Below, piece by piece: positions 17,169 through 27,960 of a stretch of 64,000 bases of DNA. This stretch comes from Deltaproteobacteria bacterium (GTDB lineage Bacteria > Myxococcota_A > Polyangia > Fen-1088). A model generated the notes under the pieces. The model was not told where the DNA came from. It ran no database searches and saw only the letters and a program-made list of their open reading frames with translations. Within the stretch, counting starts at the first letter, position 1, and each line of letters starts with the position of its first letter. The stretch is taken from positions 256,001 to 320,000 of the forward strand of contig JANRKS010000032.1 of assembly GCA_033763315.1 (NCBI GenBank). Direction: 5' to 3'. Made by a program: the position numbers and the translations under genes.

Positions 17169-18236
17169 ATGTCTTTTCGCGCTGTTGTGATGGCCCTAGG
17201 TCTAGTTCTGCTCGGGGGGCTACCCATATCTGCTTCTGCCGAGGCGGCCCCCACTGAGGCCGATAAGGTTGAGGCTCGCAAGCATTTCGAGCAGGGCAAA
17301 CGGCTGTTCGATCTACGTCACTATATGGAATCCATCCCCGAATTCGAGGAGGCCTACCGCCTCATCGGCGATCCGGCTTTCCTTTACAACATCGCGCAGT
17401 CGTACCGTTTGGCCGACCGCCCGGACGAGGCCATCCACTACTACAACACGTTCTTAAAGCGTGATCCGAACACCCCCCGGCGCGAGGAAGTGGAGCGACG
17501 GCTGTCAGAGTTGCAAAGCGCCAAGGCGCCGCCCAACCAAGTGTCCGAGCCAGGCGCGCACTCCAACGAGCCAGCCCCGACGTCCAGCGAACCCCAGGCC
17601 GCGCCCCCACCGCCTGATACTGGATGGGGCGCCAATCCGGCCCCTGCGGATCCAAACGCACGGCCCTTGCCGGTGATCATTCCCGGACGAGCTGAACGTT
17701 TCTCGCGCGGCCTATTTTTTCAAGCCGAGCTGGGCCTGGGCGCCGTGGGCGCTGGGACGTCTGAGGACTATACGGGCTCGAAAGTTTCGCTGGTGGGTTT
17801 TGGGGCGCTTTTGAACCTGCGACTCGGGGTTTTTGTGCGGCCCCGGTTGGGTTTGTACCTTCAGGTGTCGTCGGCGGCGACCACGGATCCATCGTTTACG
17901 GCGGACGCCGGTGGCATGGACGTGTCGGGCACAGCTTCGGGCACACTCAGCCTTGGCGCGTTCGGTGGTGGCCTCGTCTACTACTTGCCGTCCGATTGGT
18001 TCGGCACGGCGGGGCTCGTGTTTCAGAAGCTGGGTTGGGATGGTGCGGATCCCATCTCAGACACACTCGGTGCCGCCTTGTCAGCTTCCATTGGCCATGA
18101 ATGGCGCCTTGGTGAACGCAGCTCGTGGGGCGTCGTTGCGCAGCTGTTGGCGGGCGGCGTTCCTGACAACGATGCGGGCGACGGATCTTGGACCACCTAC
18201 GCGCTGTGCATCGGCGGCGTGTTTACGTACAACTGA
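17169..18236 (+). CDS. Secreted TPR protein with Pro-rich linker and C-terminal outer-membrane beta-barrel-like domain
   Basis: Signal peptide ending ASA; ARKHFEQG...FEEAYRL...FLYNIAQSY TPR; alternating beta strands ending GVFTYN. True start taken as ATG 17169. Confidence 0.8.
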   Translation: MSFRAVVMALGLVLLGGLPISASAEAAPTEADKVEARKHFEQGKRLFDLRHYMESIPEFEEAYRLIGDPAFLYNIAQSYRLADRPDEAIHYYNTFLKRDPNTPRREEVERRLSELQSAKAPPNQVSEPGAHSNEPAPTSSEPQAAPPPPDTGWGANPAPADPNARPLPVIIPGRAERFSRGLFFQAELGLGAVGAGTSEDYTGSKVSLVGFGALLNLRLGVFVRPRLGLYLQVSSAATTDPSFTADAGGMDVSGTASGTLSLGAFGGGLVYYLPSDWFGTAGLVFQKLGWDGADPISDTLGAALSASIGHEWRLGERSSWGVVAQLLAGGVPDNDAGDGSWTTYALCIGGVFTYN

Positions 18237-18918
18237 GCACGCCGTCGCGCATCGTCATCACCTGATGCGAAAGATGCGCCACCATGTGCAGGTCGTGCGA
18301 GATGAATACGTAAGCCAGGCCGTGGCGTTGCTGTAAATCCATCAGCAGGTTTGCGATCTGCGCGCCCACGCTCACGTCCAGCGCCGACAGTGGTTCGTCT
18401 GCCACCAGCAGCTTGGGTTGTGTGCACAGCGCGCGCGCGATCGCCACCCGCTGCTGCTGCCCGCCGGAAAGCTCATGGGGATAGCGCAAGGCGATCGCCT
18501 CGGTCAATCCCACGTCGGCTAAGGCTTGCTGCACGCGTTCCCGATGGTTTTGCTTTGTGGTGGTCACACGCTGCAGTGTTAAAGGCTCGCCCACAATCGC
18601 ACCCACGTGCATGCGCGGGTTCAACGACGCCACCGGGTTTTGAAACACCATGCTCATAAGTCGACTGTGCATGGCACTGCGTTGCGGTGGCAGCGTTTCT
18701 CCTTGCCACAGCAGCGCACCGGCATCCGCGCGTTCAAGCCCCACCACGAGCTTCGCCAACGTGCTTTTGCCACTGCCTGAGGCGCCCACGATCCCCAGCG
18801 TTTGCCCTTCATACACCGTGAATGACGCCTCCTTAACCACGCTGCGTGCGCCGCCCGCATAGCCGTATGACTTGCACAGACCTTGCGCTTGCAGCAACGC
18901 CGGTGAAGCCGCGCTCAT
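18223..18918 (-). CDS. ABC transporter ATP-binding subunit, oligopeptide/dipeptide type
   Basis: [50 protein letters not shown]. Confidence 0.92.
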   Translation of the reverse strand: MSAASPALLQAQGLCKSYGYAGGARSVVKEASFTVYEGQTLGIVGASGSGKSTLAKLVVGLERADAGALLWQGETLPPQRSAMHSRLMSMVFQNPVASLNPRMHVGAIVGEPLTLQRVTTTKQNHRERVQQALADVGLTEAIALRYPHELSGGQQQRVAIARALCTQPKLLVADEPLSALDVSVGAQIANLLMDLQQRHGLAYVFISHDLHMVAHLSHQVMTMRDGVLSCT

Positions 18919-18924
18919 GTGAGC

Positions 18925-19749
18925 CTACGGCTCGCCGCAGTTGACGTCGCGTACCAGCGCATCGGGCGGCGGCGAAAGGTGAAAGCTTTCTTCGGGAATC
19001 TCAGGGTTCACACGACGATCTTTGACCTTGATCTCCACGCCATCGTCAAAGCTGGCGAAGGGTTCAGCAAAGCGAATCACATCAGGGAACGCCACTGCAC
19101 CCGTCCAATGATGCTCTTCGTATCGCACGCGCCACCAACCTTGCTTGCCGCGGCTGTTGCTCGCCAAGCCTTCGGTGCCAATCACCACCCAGCCCTTGGC
19201 TTGCTTGCGCATCAACACGCGTGTTTGCTTTGTGTGGCCTTGCCCGTCGTTGGTGGCGAACACCAATCGTTCGGCGCCCACGTCGCCATCCCAATCGTGG
19301 GCCACAAGCTTTGCGTCGGCGCCCACAGGCGCATCACCCAACAAGATCGCCGCAATCTCATCGGGCGCCAAAGGTATGCGCACAAGCGACGCCACATTCT
19401 GTGGGCACGCGGGCCCTTGCTTAAATTCGTTGCGCTCCATATCCAGCAACGCAAACGCGCGCCCATCGGTTGTGAGCGCCGCCACGCTGCCTTTGAGGCT
19501 CACTTCGGCCTCGAAACGCAGTTTCCCTTGCCGGTTCACCAACATCAGCACGGTGGCGCGGACGCGATCGCCACCCAGCCAGCTGGTGGTGCGCGTTTCC
19601 AAGTTCAGGCTTTGGGTTGCGTTTTGCCTGGCTTGCAGAGCTTTGAGCAGTTCGTCATCCGGCGGCGCTGCGGTGGTGCGTTTGATCTGCGCGTGGCCGC
19701 ACGCCATCAGCGTTACGCAAGCCATTGATAGACGGAGCAGCGCCTTCAT
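18925..19749 (-). CDS. Lipoprotein of LolA/LolB-like fold (DUF4292-like)
   Basis: Lipobox LMAC; GKLRFEA, LTTDGRAFALLD, ILLGDAP, FPDVIRF, C-terminal VNPEIPEESFHLSPP. Confidence 0.6.
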   Translation of the reverse strand: MKALLRLSMACVTLMACGHAQIKRTTAAPPDDELLKALQARQNATQSLNLETRTTSWLGGDRVRATVLMLVNRQGKLRFEAEVSLKGSVAALTTDGRAFALLDMERNEFKQGPACPQNVASLVRIPLAPDEIAAILLGDAPVGADAKLVAHDWDGDVGAERLVFATNDGQGHTKQTRVLMRKQAKGWVVIGTEGLASNSRGKQGWWRVRYEEHHWTGAVAFPDVIRFAEPFASFDDGVEIKVKDRRVNPEIPEESFHLSPPPDALVRDVNCGEP

Positions 19750-21509
19750 TTGCCACCTGGCTTCAAGATCGCGTTGAGCCGCGCGCGCATCGTTGGATCT
19801 TTGGTGAGCTCAAGCGCGCGGGTCACGTTGCGGCTTGCCAATTCCGTTTTGCCCTGCTTGGCGTAGAGCACCGCCACGTGGCCCAGGATCTCTGCGTCGT
19901 TGGGCTCGATGGCGGCGGCGCCTTCAAGAAACGGGGTGGCCGCCGTGGCGTTGTCCATCTGCATGTGAATCCAACCCACCGTATCCATGATCGCTGCGGA
20001 TCCGGGATCAAACGCGAGCGCCGCTTGCGCGCGGCCAAGTGCCTTGGGCAACATGTGTTTCTTTTCGGCGGCCACGAAGGCCCAAAAATTCAGCGCTTCG
20101 GCACTCGATAGGTCTTTTTTCAATACGGCTTCCGAAAGCGCCAACGCCTGCCGCCAATCGCCATACTTGTCTTCAAGCACCGCGCGTGACAGCGTCAGCC
20201 GCTGCGTGTGGCTGGGTTCATCACTGGTGAGCAGCAGCGTGCGGGCCTCGGGCAGCTTGCCCACGCTGGCCAACACCAATGCCCGGGCAACCAAAAGTTC
20301 TGATTGCATCGATTCATCCAGGGCGTCGCCCACCAACGGAGCCAACAACGCTTGCGCCGCTTCGCCTTGTCCTTGATCTCGGCGCAAAGCGGCCGCGCGC
20401 AGGCGGCTTTCAGCAAACGTGGGCGCGTCTTGTGGCACCGCTTCGAACGCGCGCGCGGCCTCATCGGGGCGGTGGCTGGCTTCCAGCACGGCACCTTTGG
20501 CCATCAATATGCGCCCCGCAAGTTCGGGGCCAGGTTGTGTGGCCAACACGGCGTCTGCCATCTCCAAGGCCTTCGGCAAACGCCCTGCCGCGCGCTCAAG
20601 CTCCATGCGCAAACCCAAAGACGAAGAATCCACCTCTGTGGTCTGCATTTGTTCCGCCACCGCGGCCGCTTCGTCGGGCAGACCACGTTGTGCAAGAAAC
20701 CCAGCGTACATGGCGGCCACGGATAGATCGCCTTCCGAACGTGACAACGCTTCGACGTACGTTGAACGCGCCTGATCTGGTTTGCCCAACACCGTTAACA
20801 AACGGGCCAGCAGCAAGCGGGCTTCAAGCTGATCCGGCTCCACGTGCAGCAGCCGCTCAAGGTAGCGTCGTGCGGCGGTAAGATCGCCCAACGCCCACGC
20901 GACAGAGGCCTGCCGGTAAAGGCCCATTTGCGACGTGGGCAAGCCGCTGAGCAACGATTCAAGCGTGGCCAACGCTTCTTGTGGCTGCAGGGCCATGATC
21001 TGCGCGTCCGCGCGCTCAAGGTAAACGCGTTCGGCGGCTTCAGCCTCGTTGGTGAAGTTCACAAGCGCCAGCGCTTGCTTTAGCACCTGGGCGGCAGCGC
21101 TTGCGTCGGCCCTGTGAAGATCGATGTGCGCCGATGCCACAACGCCATCAACGGTCGGGGCCACGCCCAACGATTTGCCCACGGCGGCTTGCGCTTGCGG
21201 CACATCATCGAGAGCCAAGTAAGCCTCGGCCAAGCGTGCATAAAGTTCGGCCGACTCAGGATCGTATTGCAGGGCCGCTTTGTATTCCACGATGGCGTCG
21301 GTGTAGCGATCTTCTTCTTCGTACACCATCGCGCGCGCGGCGTGTTCGTACGCGCGTGGGCTCACAGAGCGCGTTTCGATCAAACGCCCATCGACCAGCT
21401 TGGTGATCTTCGGTTGGCCACCACAAGCTCCAATCGCCACCATCAATGCGATCGCAAGCGGCAGGCGTAGGTTGGCCTGCCGCTTGTTCTTAAAGCGGGA
21501 TGTTGCCAT
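19746..21509 (-). CDS. TPR-repeat lipoprotein
   Basis: Lipobox IGAC; many TPRs; C-terminal ALNFWAF...[14 protein letters not shown]...[12 protein letters not shown]. Confidence 0.88.
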   Translation of the reverse strand: MATSRFKNKRQANLRLPLAIALMVAIGACGGQPKITKLVDGRLIETRSVSPRAYEHAARAMVYEEEDRYTDAIVEYKAALQYDPESAELYARLAEAYLALDDVPQAQAAVGKSLGVAPTVDGVVASAHIDLHRADASAAAQVLKQALALVNFTNEAEAAERVYLERADAQIMALQPQEALATLESLLSGLPTSQMGLYRQASVAWALGDLTAARRYLERLLHVEPDQLEARLLLARLLTVLGKPDQARSTYVEALSRSEGDLSVAAMYAGFLAQRGLPDEAAAVAEQMQTTEVDSSSLGLRMELERAAGRLPKALEMADAVLATQPGPELAGRILMAKGAVLEASHRPDEAARAFEAVPQDAPTFAESRLRAAALRRDQGQGEAAQALLAPLVGDALDESMQSELLVARALVLASVGKLPEARTLLLTSDEPSHTQRLTLSRAVLEDKYGDWRQALALSEAVLKKDLSSAEALNFWAFVAAEKKHMLPKALGRAQAALAFDPGSAAIMDTVGWIHMQMDNATAATPFLEGAAAIEPNDAEILGHVAVLYAKQGKTELASRNVTRALELTKDPTMRARLNAILKPGGK

Positions 21510-23106
21510 GTTTGCGTGCGGGCAACGTTTCGCGCTTGTTAGCCAGATCGTCGAGCGCGCGGCACAAGCGGGCGCGCGTTTGCTGCGGCCGAATGATGCC
21601 GTCGATGTAGCCTAAGGCCGCGGCTTCGTAGGGGTTGGCGAACTTCTCCCGGTATTCGGCCACATACTTTGCGCGTGCGGCTTGCGGATCGGCCGCCTTG
21701 GCGATCTCGTTGCGGAAGATGATGTTCACGGCGCCCTCGGAGCCCATCACAGCGATCTCAGCGCTTGGGTAGGCCAAGTTGAGGTCGGCGCGTATGTGCT
21801 TTGACGCCATCACGTCGTAAGCGCCACCATACGCCTTGCGTGTGATCACGGTGATCTTCGGCACCGTGGCTTCGGCGTAGGCATAGAGCAACTTGGCACC
21901 GTGACGAATGATGCCGCCGAACTCTTGCGTGGTGCCAGGCAGAAAGCCAGGCACATCCACGAACGTCACCAACGGAATGTTGAACGCGTCGCAAAAGCGC
22001 ACGAAGCGCGCCGCCTTCACCGAGGCATCAATGTCTAAACACCCTGCCAGGTGCGCCGGTTGGTTTGCCACCACCCCCACGGGCCGACCACCCAAACGCG
22101 CGAAGCCGACCACGATGTTGCGCGCAAAATCCGGCTGAATCTCGAAGAACGCTGCATCGCCTTGGCCTTCCCCTTGATCCATGATGCGCGTCACCAATGT
22201 GCGCATGTCGTAGGGCCGTGCCGGATCATCAGGAATGAATGTATCCAGATCGGCGTCTTGTCGATCGACGGGATCTTGGCTTGCCCGACGCGGCGGATCT
22301 TCGCGGTTGTTCGACGGCAAGAACGCAAGCAGCGTTCGCAGCGCTTCTAGGCACGCGGGTTCGTTGTGAAAACTTCGGTGGGCCACGCCCGAGCGGCTGG
22401 CGTGCGTGTCGGCGCCTCCTAGATCTTCTTTTGTCACTTCTTCGTGCGTGACAGCGCGGATCACGTCGGGCCCTGTGATGAACATGTGGCTTGTGCCTTC
22501 CACCATGAACACGAAATCGGTGATCGCCGGCGAATAGACGGCACCACCGGCGCATGGGCCTAAAATTGCCGACAGTTGTGGCACCACGCCCGAAGCCATG
22601 GTGTTGCGCAAAAAGATATCGGCATAGCCGCCCAGCGAAGCCACGCCTTCTTGAATGCGCGCGCCGCCAGAATCGTTCAGGCCAATAACAGGCGCGCCAG
22701 TCTTCATCGCCAAATCCATCACTTTGCAGATCTTGCCCGCGTAAGCTTCAGACAACGATCCCCCGAATACCGTGAAGTCTTGCGCGAACACATACACGGT
22801 GCGGCCATCGATGCGGCCGCTGCCTGTGACAACGCCATCGCCTGGGATCTTTTGATCAGCCAAACCAAAAGCCGTTGAGCGGTGCGTGACGAGTTTATCG
22901 TATTCAATGAACGAGCCTGGATCACACAGCAGCTCCACGCGTTCGCGCGCGGTGAGTTTGCCCGACGCGTGTTGCTTCGCGATGCGGTCGGCACCGCCGC
23001 CTTGCTCGGCTTGGCGAAGAAGCGCATCCAAGCGTGCAAACGCGGGGCTGGGCGTGGCGGGAGGTGATGCGTTTGGATCAGAAGGTGGTGCAGAGGCAGC
23101 TGTCAC
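21490..23106 (-). CDS. pccB: Acyl-CoA (propionyl-CoA type) carboxylase, carboxyltransferase subunit
   Basis: [64 protein letters not shown]. Start taken as GTG 23106. Confidence 0.93.
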   Translation of the reverse strand: MTAASAPPSDPNASPPATPSPAFARLDALLRQAEQGGGADRIAKQHASGKLTARERVELLCDPGSFIEYDKLVTHRSTAFGLADQKIPGDGVVTGSGRIDGRTVYVFAQDFTVFGGSLSEAYAGKICKVMDLAMKTGAPVIGLNDSGGARIQEGVASLGGYADIFLRNTMASGVVPQLSAILGPCAGGAVYSPAITDFVFMVEGTSHMFITGPDVIRAVTHEEVTKEDLGGADTHASRSGVAHRSFHNEPACLEALRTLLAFLPSNNREDPPRRASQDPVDRQDADLDTFIPDDPARPYDMRTLVTRIMDQGEGQGDAAFFEIQPDFARNIVVGFARLGGRPVGVVANQPAHLAGCLDIDASVKAARFVRFCDAFNIPLVTFVDVPGFLPGTTQEFGGIIRHGAKLLYAYAEATVPKITVITRKAYGGAYDVMASKHIRADLNLAYPSAEIAVMGSEGAVNIIFRNEIAKAADPQAARAKYVAEYREKFANPYEAAALGYIDGIIRPQQTRARLCRALDDLANKRETLPARKHGNIPL

Positions 23107-23119
23107 GTGGCATTTCCGG

Positions 23120-23455
23120 TTATGTGGCATCAAGGCCAAGGCGTTCACGAACGTAGGCGTCTAACGTGCGTTTGGCTTCTAAGGAGGCCTGCGGGTAAGC
23201 GACGGCCATGCAGCCGTGCTCACCATCGCCTTCGGCGACTTCGCCCAGCAGTTCGGCGTGGCCCTTTACGATCAAAGGACCGGTACCATCGGGCAGGGTG
23301 AACACAAGTTCCACGGGCGTGCCCGGCTCCCAAGGCAGGGGCGTGTCGAAGGCGGCGCCTTGGGCCCCCACGTGCAGTGCCAAACGATAGGCGCGTCCCG
23401 CAGAGGCGCGGGCTTCCACGGGCAAGGCGCACGGAGCGGTCAGACCTAAACTCAC
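23120..23455 (-). CDS. Degenerate PilZ-like domain protein
   Basis: [30 protein letters not shown] are typical of myxobacterial PilZ; the RxxxR and DxSxxG motifs are absent. Confidence 0.55.
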   Translation of the reverse strand: MSLGLTAPCALPVEARASAGRAYRLALHVGAQGAAFDTPLPWEPGTPVELVFTLPDGTGPLIVKGHAELLGEVAEGDGEHGCMAVAYPQASLEAKRTLDAYVRERLGLDAT

Positions 23456-23567
23456 GGGGTGCAGGGTACCACGGCGTGGTTAGTGAAGCGGAGCGTGCAC
23501 GTATCTGGGCAAAAGGAAACGGCCACGCCTTTCGGGGTGGCCGTTGTCATCATCTGAAAAGCAGCTG

Positions 23568-24149
23568 TCACTCGTTGCAGGGGATGCTGCACAGACCGTC
23601 ACATTGCACGGTGCCGCCACACCCGCAGGGTTGGCCGTAGTCGATGGGGATCGCCACGCTGCAGGAGTTGTCGCAGTAAACAGTGCCCCCACAGGCGTCA
23701 CATTCCTCGAAGAGTTGCGTGGGCGGGCTGCTGCACTCGCCTTCGCAGCTGTAGCGGCCGGGTTGCACCCCCGTGCCCCGCTCAAAACAACCGCACGCGA
23801 GACCAGCGTTTGGCAGGCACGTGCCGCCACTGCCTCCGGTGCCACCGCTGCCGCCTACGCCACCGCTGCCACCCGCGCCGCCGCTGCCACCGGTGCCACT
23901 TCTGCCCCCGTGGCCGTCGTTGTCGCCGTGGCAGTCGTGGTCTTTGTCCTTCTTGTCCTTCTTATCTTTTTTGTCCTTCTTGTCTCTCTTATCCCTTTTT
24001 TCGCCCTTGTCCTTGTGGCCGTCCCTATGGCCAGCTTTGAGAGCCTGCGACGTTTGAAGGTCACTCTCGGACGTCTCGTCTTCGGGCGCACCGCACGAGA
24101 CAGCGCAAGCGAATAAACAAAGGACCGGAACGGATAGGAGAAGTTTCAT
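23568..24149 (-). CDS. Small predicted lipoprotein with Lys/Asp/His tract, Gly linker and Cys-rich C-terminus
   Basis: Signal with LFAC/VSC; (DKK)n tract; GGSGG linker; 14 Cys in the last ~83 aa. Confidence 0.72.
   Translation of the reverse strand: MKLLLSVPVLCLFACAVSCGAPEDETSESDLQTSQALKAGHRDGHKDKGEKRDKRDKKDKKDKKDKKDKDHDCHGDNDGHGGRSGTGGSGGAGGSGGVGGSGGTGGSGGTCLPNAGLACGCFERGTGVQPGRYSCEGECSSPPTQLFEECDACGGTVYCDNSCSVAIPIDYGQPCGCGGTVQCDGLCSIPCNE
23944..23997 (-). repeat. Six 9-bp tandem units encoding DK[KR] repeats
   Basis: ttgtccttc, ttgtccttc, ttatctttt, ttgtccttc, ttgtctctc, ttatccctt on the plus strand. Confidence 0.9.
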
Positions 24150-24242
24150 CGGGCAGCCTTTCGGTGGAGCAGCCCGTCCTTCCTATCTTTGTTGCCTACC
24201 CGCCGTCAACACGATGCATCGTTCGCTAAGTAAGCGAAAATA

Positions 24243-25475
24243 CTATTCATATCGAAGCGCTTCGATCGGGGGCACGCGCGCCGCCCGCACCGCTGGGTAG
24301 AGCCCCGAAAGCAGACCCACCGCCACCGAGACGGCCAATGACACAACGATCGATGAGGGCGTCACCACCGTGGGCCACGCGGCATACGCAGCCACCGTCT
24401 TCGCCAGCACCAGCCCTATGGCCACCCCCAACAGCCCACCGAGCGCGCTCAGCGTGAATGCCTCAACAAGAAACTGCAGCACCACGTCGCCGCGGGCCGC
24501 GCCAATGGCCCGCCGCACGCCGATCTCACGCGTGCGCTCCAACACGGAAGCCAACATGATGTTCATGATGCCGATGCCGCCCACCAACAATGATATGCCC
24601 GCGATGCAGCCCATCACGATGTTAAACAAGCGTTGCGTTTGTCGGCTTTGATCCAGCAACGCTTCAGGCACGATGATCTCGTAATCGTCAACGCCGCCGT
24701 GAAGCTTATCCAGCAACGTTTTCACCACGGCGGCGCTTTGGCGTGAATCCACCACGTCGTCTAACCGAATGATCACTTCATCCAAAGGGGAGGCGAGGGG
24801 ATCGCGTTCGAGCTTGCGTAGCGTGGTGCTGATCGGCAAGAACACGGCGCGGTCAAGCGATCCTGCTGGGCTCTCGCCACTGCTGGCGGCGTTGCCCGAG
24901 GCGGCCAACACGCCGATCACTTCACACCATAACTCATTGACCTTCAAACGCTTGCCCAACGCGGGGCCAAGCACAAACAGATCTCGCCTCACCGCCGCGC
25001 CCACCACGCACACTTGCGCGTGCTCGCGCTCGTCACGTTCGTCGATAAATCGACCCTGCGCCAGCGTCAGCGACAGCACGGCCGGATGCTTGGGCGAAAC
25101 GCCATACGCAGTGCCATCGGTCTTAAGCCCCGCGGATTGAATGCGCCACGGCTCGATCTTCAACCGCGGGCCCACCAAACGCACACCGGGCACCGCCTCT
25201 TCGATCGCAAGAACGTCACGCAGCGACAGGCCCATGGATTTTTTGCGAGCCTCGCGCAATTCATCGGGGCGCAGCTGTCGTGACTGAACCAGCACGTTGC
25301 GCAAGCCCAACCGATCGATCAAGTCGTGTGCCTGCGCGGCCGCACCCGCGCCGATCGCCAGCATACCGATCACCGCGCCCACGCCAAACATCACGCCCAG
25401 CATGGTGAGCCCCGCACGCAATTTGCGTGTGGCCAAGCTGTCGCGCGCGGACCGAAACGCCTCGCCCCAACTCAT
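24243..25475 (-). CDS. MacB/FtsX-type ABC transporter permease
   Basis: KLRAGLTMLGVMFGVGAVI, GRFIDERD, ISLLVGGIGIMNIMLASVLERTREIGVRRAIGA, YPAVRAA...PIEALRYE. Confidence 0.95.
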   Translation of the reverse strand: MSWGEAFRSARDSLATRKLRAGLTMLGVMFGVGAVIGMLAIGAGAAAQAHDLIDRLGLRNVLVQSRQLRPDELREARKKSMGLSLRDVLAIEEAVPGVRLVGPRLKIEPWRIQSAGLKTDGTAYGVSPKHPAVLSLTLAQGRFIDERDEREHAQVCVVGAAVRRDLFVLGPALGKRLKVNELWCEVIGVLAASGNAASSGESPAGSLDRAVFLPISTTLRKLERDPLASPLDEVIIRLDDVVDSRQSAAVVKTLLDKLHGGVDDYEIIVPEALLDQSRQTQRLFNIVMGCIAGISLLVGGIGIMNIMLASVLERTREIGVRRAIGAARGDVVLQFLVEAFTLSALGGLLGVAIGLVLAKTVAAYAAWPTVVTPSSIVVSLAVSVAVGLLSGLYPAVRAARVPPIEALRYE

Positions 25476-26782
25476 GGCGGCGCCGCCTTGGCACCCGGCA
25501 TGGGCGCAAGCCCTGAGGTCGCGCTGGCCTTGCCGTCGCGCCCGCCTTGGCCGGCCGGCAGCTTCTCGGGATCACGCAACGCCAGCCGTGTGCCCACAGG
25601 CGGCCCTTGTTCCAACACCAACCGACCGACGGTTCCCGGGCCCAGCTTCACGGGCACACGTTCAAATTTGTTGTTGCCCACTTCCTTCCACACAACGTTT
25701 TCCCCGTCGCGTTCGAACACGGCCTGGCGTGGCACCACCACCGCTTTGTTCCGGTTCTCAAGGAAGATGCGCACCTTCACACTTTGCCCGGGCTTTAAAC
25801 CTGCTGGCAGTCCTTCTGCGCTGATGCGCGCTGTGAAGTATTGCGTGGGCACGTCTGGATGAAGCGGTTTGGGGAACGGTTCAACGGAAGACACTTTGGC
25901 CTTATATGTGATGCCTGGCTGCGATTCGACCACAAGTTCAGCGTCCTTGCCCACCGCCAACCCGCCGGCGTCGGCCTCAAGCACGAACACTTCGGCTTCC
26001 ATGCGGTCACTCGTGGCCACCTCGGCGATGCGCATGCCGGGCCACACCATATCGCCCTTGCGCAAGATGCGGTCGCCGTAACGATCCACCACGAAGATGC
26101 CCGCGCCAGCCGCGCGCACTTCAAGAGAGGCCAGCGATTTCTTCGCGTCCTCGGCTTGTTCCATCGCCTTGCGGCGATCCACACCCAACACTTCCAACTG
26201 CCGCCCCGAGACCTTTTGCTCCATCACTTTGGCATCAGCGGCGTGCTTCAGACGATTGTCGTAGAGCTTTTCGTCAAGCTGCGATTCGATCACTTCGTTG
26301 CGGGGAAAAAAGCGCTGATCTTTGACGCCCAACTCTTTGGTGCGCGCCAGCTCTTCCTTGGTGACGGTGGCTGTCAAATCGCGATCGTTCACCTTGGATG
26401 CAGCGTTGACGCGCTCCTTTTCAAGCGCGCGTTCGGCCTTTGTGCGATCGGCTTGGTTGCTTTTGACCCGCAGCAGCTCTTCGGCGTCGTCAAACCGCAG
26501 CAGCACGTCGCCTTTGGCCACCTTCGCACCGTCATCCGCCATCCACGCAATCACGCGGGGGCGCCGCTGCCCCCGCGGCGAAGTGATCGGCGTTGAATCC
26601 ACAGGCTTTAGATACCCATTCGCTTCAGCCACGCGCAGAAACGGTGCCTCAACGACGGGTGCGGTGGGCACATCGCCGTGCGTGAGCTCTTGCTGCTTTA
26701 ACGACAGCACAAGTCGGTTGGCGCCAAACGCGGCGGCGCTCAACACCAACCCCAGCGCAAGCCAGAACCCGAACCTCTTCAT
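25472..26782 (-). CDS. Periplasmic adaptor (membrane fusion protein, MacA/HlyD-like)
   Basis: N-terminal TM; DGAKVAKGDVLLRFD lipoyl half; coiled coil; LKPGQSVKVRI; VVVPRQAV. Confidence 0.9.
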   Translation of the reverse strand: MKRFGFWLALGLVLSAAAFGANRLVLSLKQQELTHGDVPTAPVVEAPFLRVAEANGYLKPVDSTPITSPRGQRRPRVIAWMADDGAKVAKGDVLLRFDDAEELLRVKSNQADRTKAERALEKERVNAASKVNDRDLTATVTKEELARTKELGVKDQRFFPRNEVIESQLDEKLYDNRLKHAADAKVMEQKVSGRQLEVLGVDRRKAMEQAEDAKKSLASLEVRAAGAGIFVVDRYGDRILRKGDMVWPGMRIAEVATSDRMEAEVFVLEADAGGLAVGKDAELVVESQPGITYKAKVSSVEPFPKPLHPDVPTQYFTARISAEGLPAGLKPGQSVKVRIFLENRNKAVVVPRQAVFERDGENVVWKEVGNNKFERVPVKLGPGTVGRLVLEQGPPVGTRLALRDPEKLPAGQGGRDGKASATSGLAPMPGAKAAPP

Positions 26783-27960
26783 GGCGCCTGGCTTCCCATG
26801 TCGGCAGTGGCCACTTCGTCGTCCGGGCGTAAGCCAGCCAAAACTTCTACGTTTGTTTTGCCGTTCGCACCCAACTTCACAGGCACCATCTCAAAACCCG
26901 TGGTGGTTTTACGGAACACCACGGGCCCCGATGGCCGGTGAAAGATCGTGTTCATCGGCGTAATCACCACGTTCGCCTTCTTCTCTATCTCCACCACACC
27001 GCGGAACTGCATCGCGGGGCGCATGGCGATGGGATCAAGTTCGTCCAGTTCGATGTCGATGTGCACCACCTTGAGCGGCGTCTTTGGGGATTGACGGTAT
27101 ACGCTGCGGCCGATTTCGGTGATCTTGCCGCGCCACTCACGTTCAGGGTGTGCCTCCAAATGCAGGCGCACCACTTGGCCCACCGACACGCGTGCTGCGT
27201 CCATCTCGTCGACTTCACCCGACGCCTTCAGTTTCGAAACGTCGGCCACCTCCAAGCACCCTTCCGTGGCCCAGCACGGATCGCCCACCTTCTTTTTTAC
27301 GCCTCGCCAGTCCGTGCGGTAGATCGCCAACCCATTGATTGAGCTTTTAACAGTGAGCGAATCAAGCGCGCTTTGCACTTCGCTGAGGCGTGTTTGCGCG
27401 CGGGCGCGTTTTTCGCCCAAGAAGTTTAGATCCGCTTTGCCCAGTTGATCGGCGTACGTCAGGCGATCTTGGGCACCCTTGAGTTCAGCGCGTGCTGCCT
27501 CCACATCAAGCTGCGCCAATTTCATGGCCACGGCTGATGTGTAGCGCGGTGGCAGATCAGCCTTGAGTTCTGCTTTGCGCAGCGCCGCCTCCGCTTCGGC
27601 AACTTTGAGTTCATTGTCTCGGTGGGCGAGCGCCAACTCTTCGCGTTTGCGTGCGATCTCCTTGACCGCCACATCAAGTTCCGAACGGCGATCCACAAGG
27701 CGCCGCTCAAGCTCCGACCCATCCAGCACAAGCGCCACATCGCCCTTCTTCACTTCGGAACCTTCGGGCGCCATACGCACGATGTTGAAGTTCCACATGC
27801 CCGGAGAAGACGGGGGACTCAGATACACCGACTCAAGCGCCGCCAAGGTGCCACGGGTCTCAACTTCCACACGCAAATCCGATCGCGTGACGGTGACCGT
27901 GGGCGTGGGCAGATCGGCGCCACAAGCCACCAACACCAAGCACAGCGCCAACCGTTTCAC
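26779..27960 (-). CDS. Periplasmic adaptor (membrane fusion protein), lipoprotein
   Basis: Lipobox LVAC; EGSEVKKGDV; coiled coil; VDEMDAARVSVGQ; MRPAMQF. Confidence 0.9.
   Translation of the reverse strand: MKRLALCLVLVACGADLPTPTVTVTRSDLRVEVETRGTLAALESVYLSPPSSPGMWNFNIVRMAPEGSEVKKGDVALVLDGSELERRLVDRRSELDVAVKEIARKREELALAHRDNELKVAEAEAALRKAELKADLPPRYTSAVAMKLAQLDVEAARAELKGAQDRLTYADQLGKADLNFLGEKRARAQTRLSEVQSALDSLTVKSSINGLAIYRTDWRGVKKKVGDPCWATEGCLEVADVSKLKASGEVDEMDAARVSVGQVVRLHLEAHPEREWRGKITEIGRSVYRQSPKTPLKVVHIDIELDELDPIAMRPAMQFRGVVEIEKKANVVITPMNTIFHRPSGPVVFRKTTTGFEMVPVKLGANGKTNVEVLAGLRPDDEVATADMGSQAP

Noticed and set aside
24211-24238. Palindrome ACGATGCATCGT and small TTCGCT/AGCGAA hairpin between the permease and the small lipoprotein gene
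   Set aside because: Too short, and with no second copy seen, to support an operator or terminator call.
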